This document shows positions 18,178 to 26,592 of a DNA stretch of 32,562 nucleotides, one piece after another; position 1 is the first letter of the stretch, and each line of letters opens with the position of its first letter. The stretch spans positions 1 through 32,562 of the forward strand of contig JAHFJU010000006.1 of assembly GCA_023245725.1 (NCBI GenBank), in the 5' to 3' direction. The notes under the pieces were generated by a model that had not been told where the DNA came from, ran no database searches, and was given only the letters and a program-made list of their open reading frames with translations. Source of the stretch: Candidatus Peregrinibacteria bacterium. GTDB lineage: Bacteria; Patescibacteriota; Gracilibacteria; UBA1369; UM-FILTER-53-11. Position numbers and translations under genes: made by a program.

Positions 18178-19767
18178 ATGCGACTTTTTTCTATTAAAAC
18201 TGTAATAAAAATAAAAACTGCGCTTGTCGTAGCGCTCATTTGTGCAATTCTGTCGCCTTCGTTTAGCGATATTGTTGATGGTCGAGTGCAAATCGCAAAT
18301 GCCGCCGATGAAGGAATCGCAATCGATGTTCTTGGCACGGCAACCGATTTAATATCGGGAAACTTTTTTCAATTTGACGATAATATTGGGCAAAATCTTT
18401 ACACAACAATTTATCAACGAGTTAAAAGCGAAGGCTCAAATGCAGCAATCACTAAAACAACTTCTCGCCGAAAACTATCAAAGGCAGAGCTTTATACTAT
18501 TATTCCTGGGTCGAACATTACTGGAATTATGGCGCAACCAGACCCGCGTGCGCCGCTACGAGATGACCAAATCCGTTCTCGTCGCGATGACCTGATTCGC
18601 GATCTGGCCGATGAAAAAGATCTCGGCGATTTTGAGTCGCTAAACAAAATGCAGGTTGAGTCGACCGAACTTTTCGCAAACGGCGATGAGTCAGATTCTG
18701 GCTTCGATTTGCTCGTAGATCTCGATGTAATGCAGGCGATATTGTTCAATAAGGATATTCAAAGTATGTCGGGGCAGGGAGGTGGTGGAGGGCATTCAGG
18801 TGGCGCAAACCCGCAAGATCAAGCTCAAAATAATGCTAATTCTCCTGCTCAAAATAACGCCGACAACAATAATTCGTCTGCACCTAAAACTCCAGGGGCT
18901 CAAGCTCCTGTCGATGCTTCTAAAATTAAATGTCCTACAAATACAGGGTTAAATGACGAAATTGAATCGGAGCGGACTAAAGATCGTGCAGCTGGCGCAG
19001 TACAGTTAGACGAAAATGGCGTGAATCCTGATGATGCAAAAAAGCCGATAGACGATACTCCGAAGCCATTGGTTGCCGCTCATGCTGACGATTGGCATCG
19101 CGAACTTCCGTGTAGTAACGTATTTTGTTTAAAACTAGAATTGAAATATATAACTGAAAGTTCGTTTACGGTAAGTGATAACTGCGTCATGTGCCACATT
19201 CAGAAAATAAACGATTCGTTCAAAAAATTGCTTAATCATAATTTGGTTCCAAATAAAGTTACTGGTAATTTGCTCGAAGGGCCAAAGTGTAAAGACGCGC
19301 TCTATAATTCGAATTGGGCAATTGTGAATTTTATTTTTATTGGTCAGCCGATTCTTACTCCGCCAAACGATGACTTAATTATCAAGGGCGATATTTGGGC
19401 TAACATGAAGCTTTTCTGGGAACGCTATGTCGATGCTCCAAAAAAATGTGATGCTGGAGAGTCGTGTCGAATTTCAACCGCTGAGCAGGTTTTGTCTCAA
19501 ACTAAACCGAACGCGACATTCGATCAAACTACCGATTCAATGGCTCAAGAAGATCGCGCGATAAAAGATAATAAACTTAAAGAATATCGCGCAGATCAGT
19601 TGAAACGGCAGGTAGAAGCGCAAGGCGGTCAGTACCGGGTAATCATGCAAGAAATGTCGACGATGAACGATTACTTTAATAATTATATGAAAACGTTCGA
19701 TGACTTAACCTCTGATCCCGCAAAATCACCGTGCGGAGTACTAGCAAATAAACAATATTGCCAATAA
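18178..19767 (+). CDS. Secreted Cys-rich hypothetical protein ending ...YCQ
   Basis: 529-aa ORF with a signal peptide, a G/N/Q-rich linker and Cys pairs (CSNVFC, CVMC, CDAGESC). It starts 3 nt after the upstream stop. Confidence 0.87.
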   Translation: MRLFSIKTVIKIKTALVVALICAILSPSFSDIVDGRVQIANAADEGIAIDVLGTATDLISGNFFQFDDNIGQNLYTTIYQRVKSEGSNAAITKTTSRRKLSKAELYTIIPGSNITGIMAQPDPRAPLRDDQIRSRRDDLIRDLADEKDLGDFESLNKMQVESTELFANGDESDSGFDLLVDLDVMQAILFNKDIQSMSGQGGGGGHSGGANPQDQAQNNANSPAQNNADNNNSSAPKTPGAQAPVDASKIKCPTNTGLNDEIESERTKDRAAGAVQLDENGVNPDDAKKPIDDTPKPLVAAHADDWHRELPCSNVFCLKLELKYITESSFTVSDNCVMCHIQKINDSFKKLLNHNLVPNKVTGNLLEGPKCKDALYNSNWAIVNFIFIGQPILTPPNDDLIIKGDIWANMKLFWERYVDAPKKCDAGESCRISTAEQVLSQTKPNATFDQTTDSMAQEDRAIKDNKLKEYRADQLKRQVEAQGGQYRVIMQEMSTMNDYFNNYMKTFDDLTSDPAKSPCGVLANKQYCQ

Positions 19768-19768
19768 C

Positions 19769-20968
19769 ATGAAGCGAATTTTAGCTCTTATCCTTGTAGT
19801 AATTGTGCTCTCGACCTCAATGTCGAGTACGCTTTTTGCGTCATATTCATTTGAGAATTACCAGCTTTTAGGCGAGGCTCCATCGTCGAAAAACGATGCG
19901 AAATTTACCGAATGTTTCGCCGATTTGGTCGATTTTCTTTATATAACAATTGGTGCAGGTTTCACAAAACCAGGTAGTGATTTTTCAGATTATTGGAGGG
20001 ATTTCTTTTTGTACACTTCTCACTATGCAGATGTTTATGGAGTTGAACGTCAGCTAAATTCCGCGCGTTATTCTGTAATCTCAACGTATTTAAAATGTCA
20101 GACGACTCGTTTTAAACAGGTGAAGTCTCAGTACTATTCACTCGAAGCCGAGTTGTATTTTGTTCGACATTTTATTAGTACGGATCCTCTTTCTGAAGGA
20201 TTCCCAGATGTCATTACCGTTGATGAAAAACGAAAACAGTTTCAACAGGATTTCTTTGCTTATATGAAATCAAAATCTCCAGATACCGACGATGAAGATA
20301 CGCAAATTGCTGTATTCGGAGGTTACTTTGACAGGTTCATGGCGAAGTACAAAAACAAGGTAAATGAGTATAGAGATAACAGTAATTCAAGCGATCCTGC
20401 ATGGGGACGATTGAAAGAAAAATGGGAAAATCTCATGAAAACAATTAAAGGTTTTGGTTCTTCTGTTGAGGGATTAGGTGGCGATGCATCTGACCTCGGA
20501 AAAGCGCTTGTGCCAAACACCGAAACAATTTCATGGAACTCATTAATGAGCCGCCTCGATGCCTGTGCAGAAACAAGTTCAGAGAGTTATTGCGCAAGCG
20601 ATGCTGTGAAATATTTACAAACTCACGATGCTCTTAAAGAGGCTAAAGATAAACTTAAATCGATATTTGAATCTAAGAGAAAAAATTCTGTTTCATTCGA
20701 TGAAGTGCAGTTTGCTGTCGATACGTCGAATCAGCCTTCAACCGACATTATGTCTGAGGCAGAAATGTTAAATCGTTATGAAGTTTTGTACGGTACAATC
20801 GGAACTTCCGGCCTGAAACAAATGATGCAATCAACCGATACGCTTCTTGCAACTTTGAAAGATGGTCGTGGTGAAGGTCCATTTGGCCCAAAAATTCCGG
20901 GTAGCCTTAAGCCGCTTGCAAAGATTGCCGAGTGTGCAAATAACGTCGAAGACAAAGAGTGCAAGTAA
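19769..20968 (+). CDS. Secreted hypothetical protein ending ...ECK
   Basis: 399-aa ORF with signal peptide MKRILALILVVIVLSTSMSSTLFA. It starts 1 nt after the upstream stop. Confidence 0.87.
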   Translation: MKRILALILVVIVLSTSMSSTLFASYSFENYQLLGEAPSSKNDAKFTECFADLVDFLYITIGAGFTKPGSDFSDYWRDFFLYTSHYADVYGVERQLNSARYSVISTYLKCQTTRFKQVKSQYYSLEAELYFVRHFISTDPLSEGFPDVITVDEKRKQFQQDFFAYMKSKSPDTDDEDTQIAVFGGYFDRFMAKYKNKVNEYRDNSNSSDPAWGRLKEKWENLMKTIKGFGSSVEGLGGDASDLGKALVPNTETISWNSLMSRLDACAETSSESYCASDAVKYLQTHDALKEAKDKLKSIFESKRKNSVSFDEVQFAVDTSNQPSTDIMSEAEMLNRYEVLYGTIGTSGLKQMMQSTDTLLATLKDGRGEGPFGPKIPGSLKPLAKIAECANNVEDKECK

Positions 20969-21037
20969 TATTTGTCGCTCAAACGCCGCACCTCGAGTTT
21001 TCGTTGCCTGTGCTGTTCACATCGTCCAGCGTCAAAT

Positions 21038-21250
21038 TTATTTTCTAAACAAAAATGCAAAGAACGTTCCTGAATGTTTTTGGCGAACGCTTCTAAGCCG
21101 TTCGAGTCGTGCCTCGCGAGATTCTAGTGATCCTGATTTTTGAGTTTCTTTTAGTTCGGTAATAAAATTTACGTTGTCTGAGTGGCAATACACGCAGAGG
21201 TCGATTTTCGCTGAGATTTTTTTTCCGCAGTTAAAGCAATTGAATAGCAT
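21038..21250 (-). CDS. Small zinc-ribbon protein
   Basis: From ATG 21250: MLFNCFNCGKKISAKIDLCVYC (CxxC...CxxC), 70 aa. The longer ORF-track start overlaps the HTH gene. Confidence 0.65.
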   Translation of the reverse strand: MLFNCFNCGKKISAKIDLCVYCHSDNVNFITELKETQKSGSLESREARLERLRSVRQKHSGTFFAFLFRK

Positions 21251-21293
21251 AGTCTTTAGGCGAGAGGATTTGTGAGTGGTTGGTAGAAAAGTT

Positions 21294-21488
21294 CTATGTT
21301 GAGCTGGCATCGAGAAACGCATCAAGTTCGCTTTCTCGAATTCGATACACACGCCCGATTTTCACTGCTTTAAGCCGTTTGCTCTTAATTAGCTTCAACA
21401 CCGTAAAAGGGTGTAGATGTAAGAGCTTCGCTGCTTCGTCGACAGTAATTATTGGGTCTTTCATTTGGTATATCTGTTTTTCAGTCAA
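21294..21488 (-). CDS. Excisionase-family (MerR-like, HTH_17-type) DNA-binding protein
   Basis: ITVDEAAKLLHLHPFTVLKLIKSKRLKAVKIGRVYRIRESELDAFL is the typical family pattern. Confidence 0.9.
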   Translation of the reverse strand: MTEKQIYQMKDPIITVDEAAKLLHLHPFTVLKLIKSKRLKAVKIGRVYRIRESELDAFLDASST

Positions 21489-21507
21489 TTTAACTTAACT
21501 GAATATA

Positions 21508-21536
21508 ATTGTACCAAACGTAAGTAAACTTTTCAA
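21508..21536 (-). promoter_or_regulatory. Sigma70-type promoter for the HTH and Zn-ribbon genes
   Basis: Minus strand reads TTGAAA-N17-TACAAT, with TGG directly before the -10 (extended -10). Confidence 0.7.
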
Positions 21537-21599
21537 ATATCAAATATAACAAGATCACTTGTATCAAATACTATAATGTTCTGCAAGATTTAAAGGAGT

Positions 21600-21662
21600 T
21601 ATGAACAATGTAAACATGTTTTGAACATGTTGTGAACAACTAGTGCAAAACTATGTGCATAA
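21600..21662. repeat. Tandem array of six co-oriented DnaA-box-like 9-mers
   Basis: TATGAACAA (21600), TGTAAACAT (21609), TTTGAACAT (21620), TGTGAACAA (21631), AGTGCAAAA (21642), TGTGCATAA (21654). These have 0-3 mismatches to TGTGNAWAA and spacing 9, 11, 11, 11, 12. Confidence 0.55.
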
Positions 21663-21779
21663 CTTAAATTAAAGAATATTTAATCCTGTTATTCTTCAAA
21701 GTACAAAATTTGATTAAATTCTATTAAACTTTAGCGAGCATATTTCCGCCGTAAATTTAGTGAATAAATCTCTTAGGTA

Positions 21780-21965
21780 GCCAGATATTGGCTTTCAGTA
21801 AGCCAATTGAGTGCAACTCCTTACCGAGAAGCGTCAAGCAATGCTTGTACTCTTCTAGGCTGGGCAGAGCTGTTTAGATCCAAAATATAAAAAAACTACA
21901 TGGCTTTAGAAAGCCCTGAAGTGCCCATCTGAGTTGCACGTGCAACTCCGTTTGCACAGTTTTTT
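21780..21965 (+). ncRNA. Candidate structured non-coding RNA, family not recognised, strand tentative
   Basis: Nested complementary segments: 21787-21807, 21811-21819 with 21931-21939, 21827-21856, 21861-21866 with 21922-21927, 21902-21915. A final hairpin at 21940-21957 is followed by AG and six Ts. No long ORF. Confidence 0.4.
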
Positions 21966-21984
21966 AAAATGTTCAAACGCAATT

Positions 21985-22010
21985 CCGCCAGCGTAAGCTT
22001 ACGGAGGCGG
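21985..22010 (-). terminator. GC-rich hairpin downstream of mscS, possible terminator
   Basis: CCGCC-AG-CGTAAGCTTACG-GA-GGCGG lies 19 nt past the mscS stop. The U-tract is poor. Confidence 0.4.
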
Positions 22011-22029
22011 CTTAATCAGATCGCCATTT

Positions 22030-23202
22030 TCATCCTTGCCCATCAATCTCTGTCATATCTTCATATGCTCCTGTAGGATCGGAGTCTGAAGGAACCATGT
22101 CGCTAATTGCTGGAACCTCTATTTGAATTTGTGGCTCTTGTACGGCCGTTGTCGCTGTATCGGTAACTTGTGTTTCAGTCGCAACCGTTGTTGATAAATC
22201 TGCTGCGGTAGGAGCTTCGTCAGCTATCGAATGTATTTGTGTTGGTGGCGTAGCCTCAGCCGCAATTGCTTTCGACATTTTCATTTCAATCTTTCGTGCT
22301 TCGCGTATTTTTGCATTCTCTTCTTTATCAGCTTTTGTATCGATAGCAGTTTCAAGATGAACTACATTAAACGGAATATCGATTCCAGCATCAACAAGCG
22401 CGTCATACACTTTGTGCATCATAACTGTTTTTATCTTAAACCAGCCGTCGCGTGAGCCAACCCAAAAACGAACTTCAAAATCAATTGAGCTGTCACCGAA
22501 TCCTGTAATAATAATTGTTGGCATTGGCTTTTTTAGGATTTTTGCCTGAGCTTTCATTAATTTCATAACTACTTTCATTGCGTATTTTATTTCGGTGTCA
22601 TACGAAACACTAAATGGTACAACAACTCTTCTAGTCGGATTAGTTGTGTAGCTAATAACTTGGCTTCTAAAAATTGTAGCATTTGGAACAATAACTTTTG
22701 TGCCATCAATAGCTTTAATAATTGTTGCACGAGTTTGAATTTCAACAACTTTTCCGTAAGTCGAACCAACTCTAATAAAATCACCAATAGTGAATTGTCT
22801 GTTTAATAAGAGCAAAACGCCCGATAGAAAATTCATGATTAAATCCTGTAAAGCAAAACCGATACCAAATGCAACTGCCGCGAGAATTGTAGTTAGATCA
22901 ATACCGGCGACTTTTAATGCAATAGTAATTCCAACAACCAGCGTGCCAAAGTAACTTACTCGGCCAGCAAGAACTAAAACCTCTTGGTGCTCTTCATCAA
23001 TTTTATCTGAAATGCGCGATTCAACCGCAGTTTTAGCGATTTTTGCTACTACGAAAGCAAGCACAAATAAAACTAGACCAGCTATCCAGCTTGGAACTTG
23101 GCTAATAATGTAATCAAAGAAACTGGCAATTTTATCTGCGAGCCCATTAGAAGCATCGTCTTTTGCAAGCGTAGTTGCTGCGAGAATTAATAGTGAATAC
23201 AT
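22030..23202 (-). CDS. mscS: Small-conductance mechanosensitive channel, MscS family, with a long acidic low-complexity C-tail
   Basis: GIGFALQDLIMNFLSGVLLL, FTIGDFI, GKVVEIQTRATII..DGTKVIVPN, FGDSSIDFEVRFW, GIDIPF. Confidence 0.93.
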   Translation of the reverse strand: MYSLLILAATTLAKDDASNGLADKIASFFDYIISQVPSWIAGLVLFVLAFVVAKIAKTAVESRISDKIDEEHQEVLVLAGRVSYFGTLVVGITIALKVAGIDLTTILAAVAFGIGFALQDLIMNFLSGVLLLLNRQFTIGDFIRVGSTYGKVVEIQTRATIIKAIDGTKVIVPNATIFRSQVISYTTNPTRRVVVPFSVSYDTEIKYAMKVVMKLMKAQAKILKKPMPTIIITGFGDSSIDFEVRFWVGSRDGWFKIKTVMMHKVYDALVDAGIDIPFNVVHLETAIDTKADKEENAKIREARKIEMKMSKAIAAEATPPTQIHSIADEAPTAADLSTTVATETQVTDTATTAVQEPQIQIEVPAISDMVPSDSDPTGAYEDMTEIDGQG

Positions 23203-23208
23203 CAAAAC

Positions 23209-23217
23209 AGTATATCA
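23209..23217 (-). promoter_or_regulatory. Extended -10 element for a probably leaderless mscS transcript
   Basis: Minus-strand TGATATACT ends 6 nt before ATG 23202. Confidence 0.55.
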
Positions 23218-23285
23218 TTTTTTGAGAGGATTTGCCACACCTCGAAAACAGTCCAACCAAAACTTAAGAATTGCGATTTTGGCCA

Positions 23286-23810
23286 CTAGCCCACCCAAAT
23301 TGCCGCAATCGCTCCCAAAAAACATGCAATTTGCCACACATCTGATTCGCTCCATTTTCTGCTTTCTCCATCGGGCAACAGTAAATTATGCGGAGTTTTG
23401 GCATGCATTGTATAAAAATGAAAGTTTCTGTGTATGCGTACAAGACGTGAAAAAGGTATGACTCCGGCTGAAACAAATCCTTCAAAAATATCTGGCAATT
23501 GCGCCGCCCACATACAAGCCATTATTACAAATAACTGTGCCGAAATTCCAAATTTCATATACGCGCAAAGTGTTAGTACAATCATGCTCCCACCAAAATC
23601 CAATAAAAATAATAACGCCATTTTTTTAGTCAATCGCGCCGGCGAAAATTCATAGTGCCCGTGAGGAATTCTGTCAGTCAAATAGTGCGATATGAAAGAA
23701 GCGCAAACAGCCAAAGAAATTCGCGCAGTTAAAGGAGTTGAATCCGGCAAAAGTGTAAAAGTTGAAAGCCCTATAAGCGCACCGATGCTATTGTGTCCAA
23801 AAGCCAACAT
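23286..23810 (-). CDS. Membrane protein, putative metal-dependent hydrolase (YdjM-like His/Asp pattern)
   Basis: Several TM segments with GH at the N-terminus, SHYLTDRIPH, LPD and HRNFH motifs. Confidence 0.65.
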   Translation of the reverse strand: MLAFGHNSIGALIGLSTFTLLPDSTPLTARISLAVCASFISHYLTDRIPHGHYEFSPARLTKKMALLFLLDFGGSMIVLTLCAYMKFGISAQLFVIMACMWAAQLPDIFEGFVSAGVIPFSRLVRIHRNFHFYTMHAKTPHNLLLPDGESRKWSESDVWQIACFLGAIAAIWVG

Positions 23811-23914
23811 TAGGCTTATTGTAGCGTATTTTTTTCTTAAATATTTTGAAATTCATGTTGATTATGTAAAGCAGTCAATATGATATACTCAGCCTACTTA
23901 ACCAATTATTACTT

Positions 23915-24688
23915 ATGTTTACAGGTCTCGGTGGTTTTCTCTTCATCGTTATCGGTTTCATTTTGTTGATCAGTATTCGTCAGGTCAATCAGAATGAGCG
24001 TGGGGTTAAACTCACGATGGGTAAATATTCAGGGATTATTGAGCCGGGTTGGAGGATTGTTTTGCCTATTTTCCAATCAATGAAAAAGGTTGATATTCGT
24101 GTAAAAGCTCTCGATGTGCCAGATCAGGAGTCTCTTACAAAAGACAATATTCCGATTCGTATTAACGCAGTAATTTATTTCAAAGTTATCGATCCGGCAA
24201 AGGCGATTTTAGCTGTTGAAAATTTCTTATACGCAACTTCACAGCTTGCACAGACGACTATGAGAAATGCGGTTGGTGAGGTGACTCTCGACCATTTGCT
24301 CGAAAAGAAAGAAGAGATTTCAGCTCGTATTCAAGAGATTGTCGACAAAATGACAGACGAGTGGGGAATTGACGTTCAAAATGTTGAGTTGAAAGATATT
24401 ATGCTTCCGGAAAGTTTGAAGAGGGTAATTGCTCGTGTTGCCGAGGCTGAACGTGAGAAGCGTGCGGTGATTGTTGCGTCTGAGGGTGAGGTTGCTTCTG
24501 CACAAAATATGGCTCAGGCGGCGCAGGTTTTGAATGCGGCTCCAGGGGCTTTGCACCTTAGAACTTTGGCTTCAATTAATGATATTTCAGAAAGCCCATC
24601 GAATACCACAATTTGGATGGTTCCAATCGAAGTTCTACGCGCCGTTGAATCATTTCAGCAATTTATGAGTAGCAAAGTAGGTAAATAG
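23915..24688 (+). CDS. SPFH/band 7 (slipin/stomatin-like) protein
   Basis: ERGVKLTMGK, PGW, QESLTKDN, LAQTTMRNAVG, WGIDVQNVELKD, AEAEREKRA, ALHLRTL. TGATATACT at 23881-23889 lies upstream. Confidence 0.95.
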   Translation: MFTGLGGFLFIVIGFILLISIRQVNQNERGVKLTMGKYSGIIEPGWRIVLPIFQSMKKVDIRVKALDVPDQESLTKDNIPIRINAVIYFKVIDPAKAILAVENFLYATSQLAQTTMRNAVGEVTLDHLLEKKEEISARIQEIVDKMTDEWGIDVQNVELKDIMLPESLKRVIARVAEAEREKRAVIVASEGEVASAQNMAQAAQVLNAAPGALHLRTLASINDISESPSNTTIWMVPIEVLRAVESFQQFMSSKVGK

Positions 24689-24740
24689 AGGATTTATAGC
24701 GTTGATAATTGTGAGTTGTCTGATTGCCGTTGATGGCCTT

Positions 24741-24771
24741 AAAAACCCCCCCGCACACAGCGGGGTTTTTT
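24741..24771 (+). terminator. Intrinsic terminator, potentially bidirectional
   Basis: AAAAA-CCCCCCCGC-ACACA-GCGGGG-TTTTTT. Confidence 0.8.
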
Positions 24772-24861
24772 GTGTGACAGAAGAGTTTTAAACCGCACGT
24801 GAGGTATTATTCGATTTTCCTATAATTTACGTGCCTCGCACTACCATATAAAAAATACATA

Positions 24862-24890
24862 TTGACAATATGGCAAGTTCTAGCTAGAAT
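24862..24890 (+). promoter_or_regulatory. Near-consensus sigma70 promoter
   Basis: TTGACA-N17-TAGAAT, 30 nt upstream of ATG 24921. Confidence 0.8.
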
Positions 24891-24920
24891 GCTCTCTATT
24901 ATTTTTTCACACTAAGTTTT

Positions 24921-26003
24921 ATGACAAAACGTTTTGTAGCTCCACAAGATGGAAATGGAATTGAAGTAGCCCCCGAGTTAGCATCTCGGCCTAATAAGAA
25001 GGCAGCAGCTGCTTATGTCATTGGTGGAAGGACTAAAACTCAAGTGAGTGCTGTATTTGATCTAAATCAACTTGCGCCAGCTACTCCTCCACCAGAAGTT
25101 GTTTCTGTAAATCCAAATTCAGGGAAAGCCATAACTGATGAATTTAATGAGGTATTAGGAAAGTTTTCTTATGATCGTGCTGCAGAACAGTATGGAATCC
25201 GACAGCATTCACGAGTTCCAAGCATTATTGGTGAAAGCAAAGCAAAATTTAGTACAGCACAACGAGGTGTAATGCTAAATTTATTGACTGGTTTGTTACC
25301 AAATAATATGGAACAAGAGCTCGATAGTGAGAAGGCTTCATTGGTTAATGATTTACTTGCGGCTGTTGTTGAATATTTTGACGAATGTGGTGATGCCGAA
25401 AAAACATTGAGCGTGATGGTATTTGCAACTGAACCTGTTAGATATAACAATGGAGTGCCAAATAAGAGTGTTATGCCAAATGAACTTGGGTTAAATGAAC
25501 CTCATGAAAATGGTGCTTTAACATTTAGAGAAGTTATTTCACAGCGTACAAATTCGATTCGTCGTGAAATATTACGAGCAAAGGCGGCTAAACTTGAGGA
25601 AAAAAATAAATTAGATCTCGAAAGGCAAACTTCTGAATTACGAGCTGCTTTTGATGCGCAATCAGAATCTGTAGTAGGATCTATTAAAGAAAGTAATGTG
25701 AATTCTAACCGACAAACAGTCGATGCTATAAAAAAAATAATTGATGGATTGAGAGATGATAAAGTTAGGCAGGCAGTTGTAATTGTTGGACTTTCTGCCT
25801 TGGCTCTCGATGGCGGAGTAGCTGGTGAAAATACAGAAAAATTTAATAGAGTCATAGCATTATCACCCGATGAAAAAGTTATGAATGCGCTTAAGGGTGC
25901 CAGATGTGTGGCAGTGGCTCAATTGTTGCAAGTTTCTATCAACAACAGCCGAGAGACATTGCAAAGTAGATTTAATTCTGCGCTTGAAGTTATAGGTAAT
26001 TAG
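24921..26003 (+). CDS. Hypothetical protein, helical, no signal peptide
   Basis: 360-aa ORF with its own promoter. No family recognised. Confidence 0.8.
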   Translation: MTKRFVAPQDGNGIEVAPELASRPNKKAAAAYVIGGRTKTQVSAVFDLNQLAPATPPPEVVSVNPNSGKAITDEFNEVLGKFSYDRAAEQYGIRQHSRVPSIIGESKAKFSTAQRGVMLNLLTGLLPNNMEQELDSEKASLVNDLLAAVVEYFDECGDAEKTLSVMVFATEPVRYNNGVPNKSVMPNELGLNEPHENGALTFREVISQRTNSIRREILRAKAAKLEEKNKLDLERQTSELRAAFDAQSESVVGSIKESNVNSNRQTVDAIKKIIDGLRDDKVRQAVVIVGLSALALDGGVAGENTEKFNRVIALSPDEKVMNALKGARCVAVAQLLQVSINNSRETLQSRFNSALEVIGN

Positions 26004-26042
26004 TTTTAACTGTTATTATAAAAACATTTAACCCAAATGATT

Positions 26043-26534
26043 ATGAAAAAATTACTATTGGTAACGGCATCCATTTTTCTTCTAATGGGCTGTAGCCAAA
26101 TTAACAACAATGCGTCAGTAGATAAACCTGTAACTGATCAGGCATCTGAAAGTACATATCAAAATAAGAAATTTAATATTTCTTTCAACTATCCATCAAA
26201 TTGGACTATCAAAGAAAACGACGCCAAGAAGTCCGTCACAGTGCAATCAAATCGACCAAGTAATGGATCTGAGATCATGGTTACCGTTCCAGCCGAAAGC
26301 TTTAAAGAGTATGAAAATAAAATGAGCGAGTTGATTGCCTCAGGCCAAATGTCGGTCGAGAATAGTAGCCCTATAGAAGGAACAAGCTACGCTACAAAGA
26401 AGTATGGGCATGAGGGAGGGCTGTATTACCTTATTGAAATTAATGGGAAATATGTTGGTATCGAAGGGGAGATGTATTTAACACAAGACCAGAAAGAAGG
26501 TTTGAAAGAAATACTAAATTCTCTTTCTCTCTAG
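26043..26534 (+). CDS. Lipoprotein with PsbP-related domain
   Basis: Lipobox MKKLLLVTASIFLLMG|C, the motif TYQNKKFNISFNYPSNW and C-terminal EILNSLSL. An alternative ATG is at 26037. Confidence 0.8.
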   Translation: MKKLLLVTASIFLLMGCSQINNNASVDKPVTDQASESTYQNKKFNISFNYPSNWTIKENDAKKSVTVQSNRPSNGSEIMVTVPAESFKEYENKMSELIASGQMSVENSSPIEGTSYATKKYGHEGGLYYLIEINGKYVGIEGEMYLTQDQKEGLKEILNSLSL

Positions 26535-26592
26535 TGTTTTTAATATCATATACCACAGCAAAACATCGGCTAGCCTGAGTACGTTAACTAAT

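Noticed and set aside
21038..21970. Prophage or integrative element suggested by the excisionase-like gene
   Set aside because: No integrase, transposase, tRNA target or att-like long repeat in the window.
21735..22020. RNase P RNA, tmRNA, SRP RNA or c-di-GMP riboswitch
   Set aside because: Only fragments resemble RNase P RNA (AGTGCAAC, CGGCTTA) and the universal GAGGAAAGTCC is absent. There are no tRNA-like ends or T-loop for tmRNA, no SRP core motif, and no GEMM pattern.
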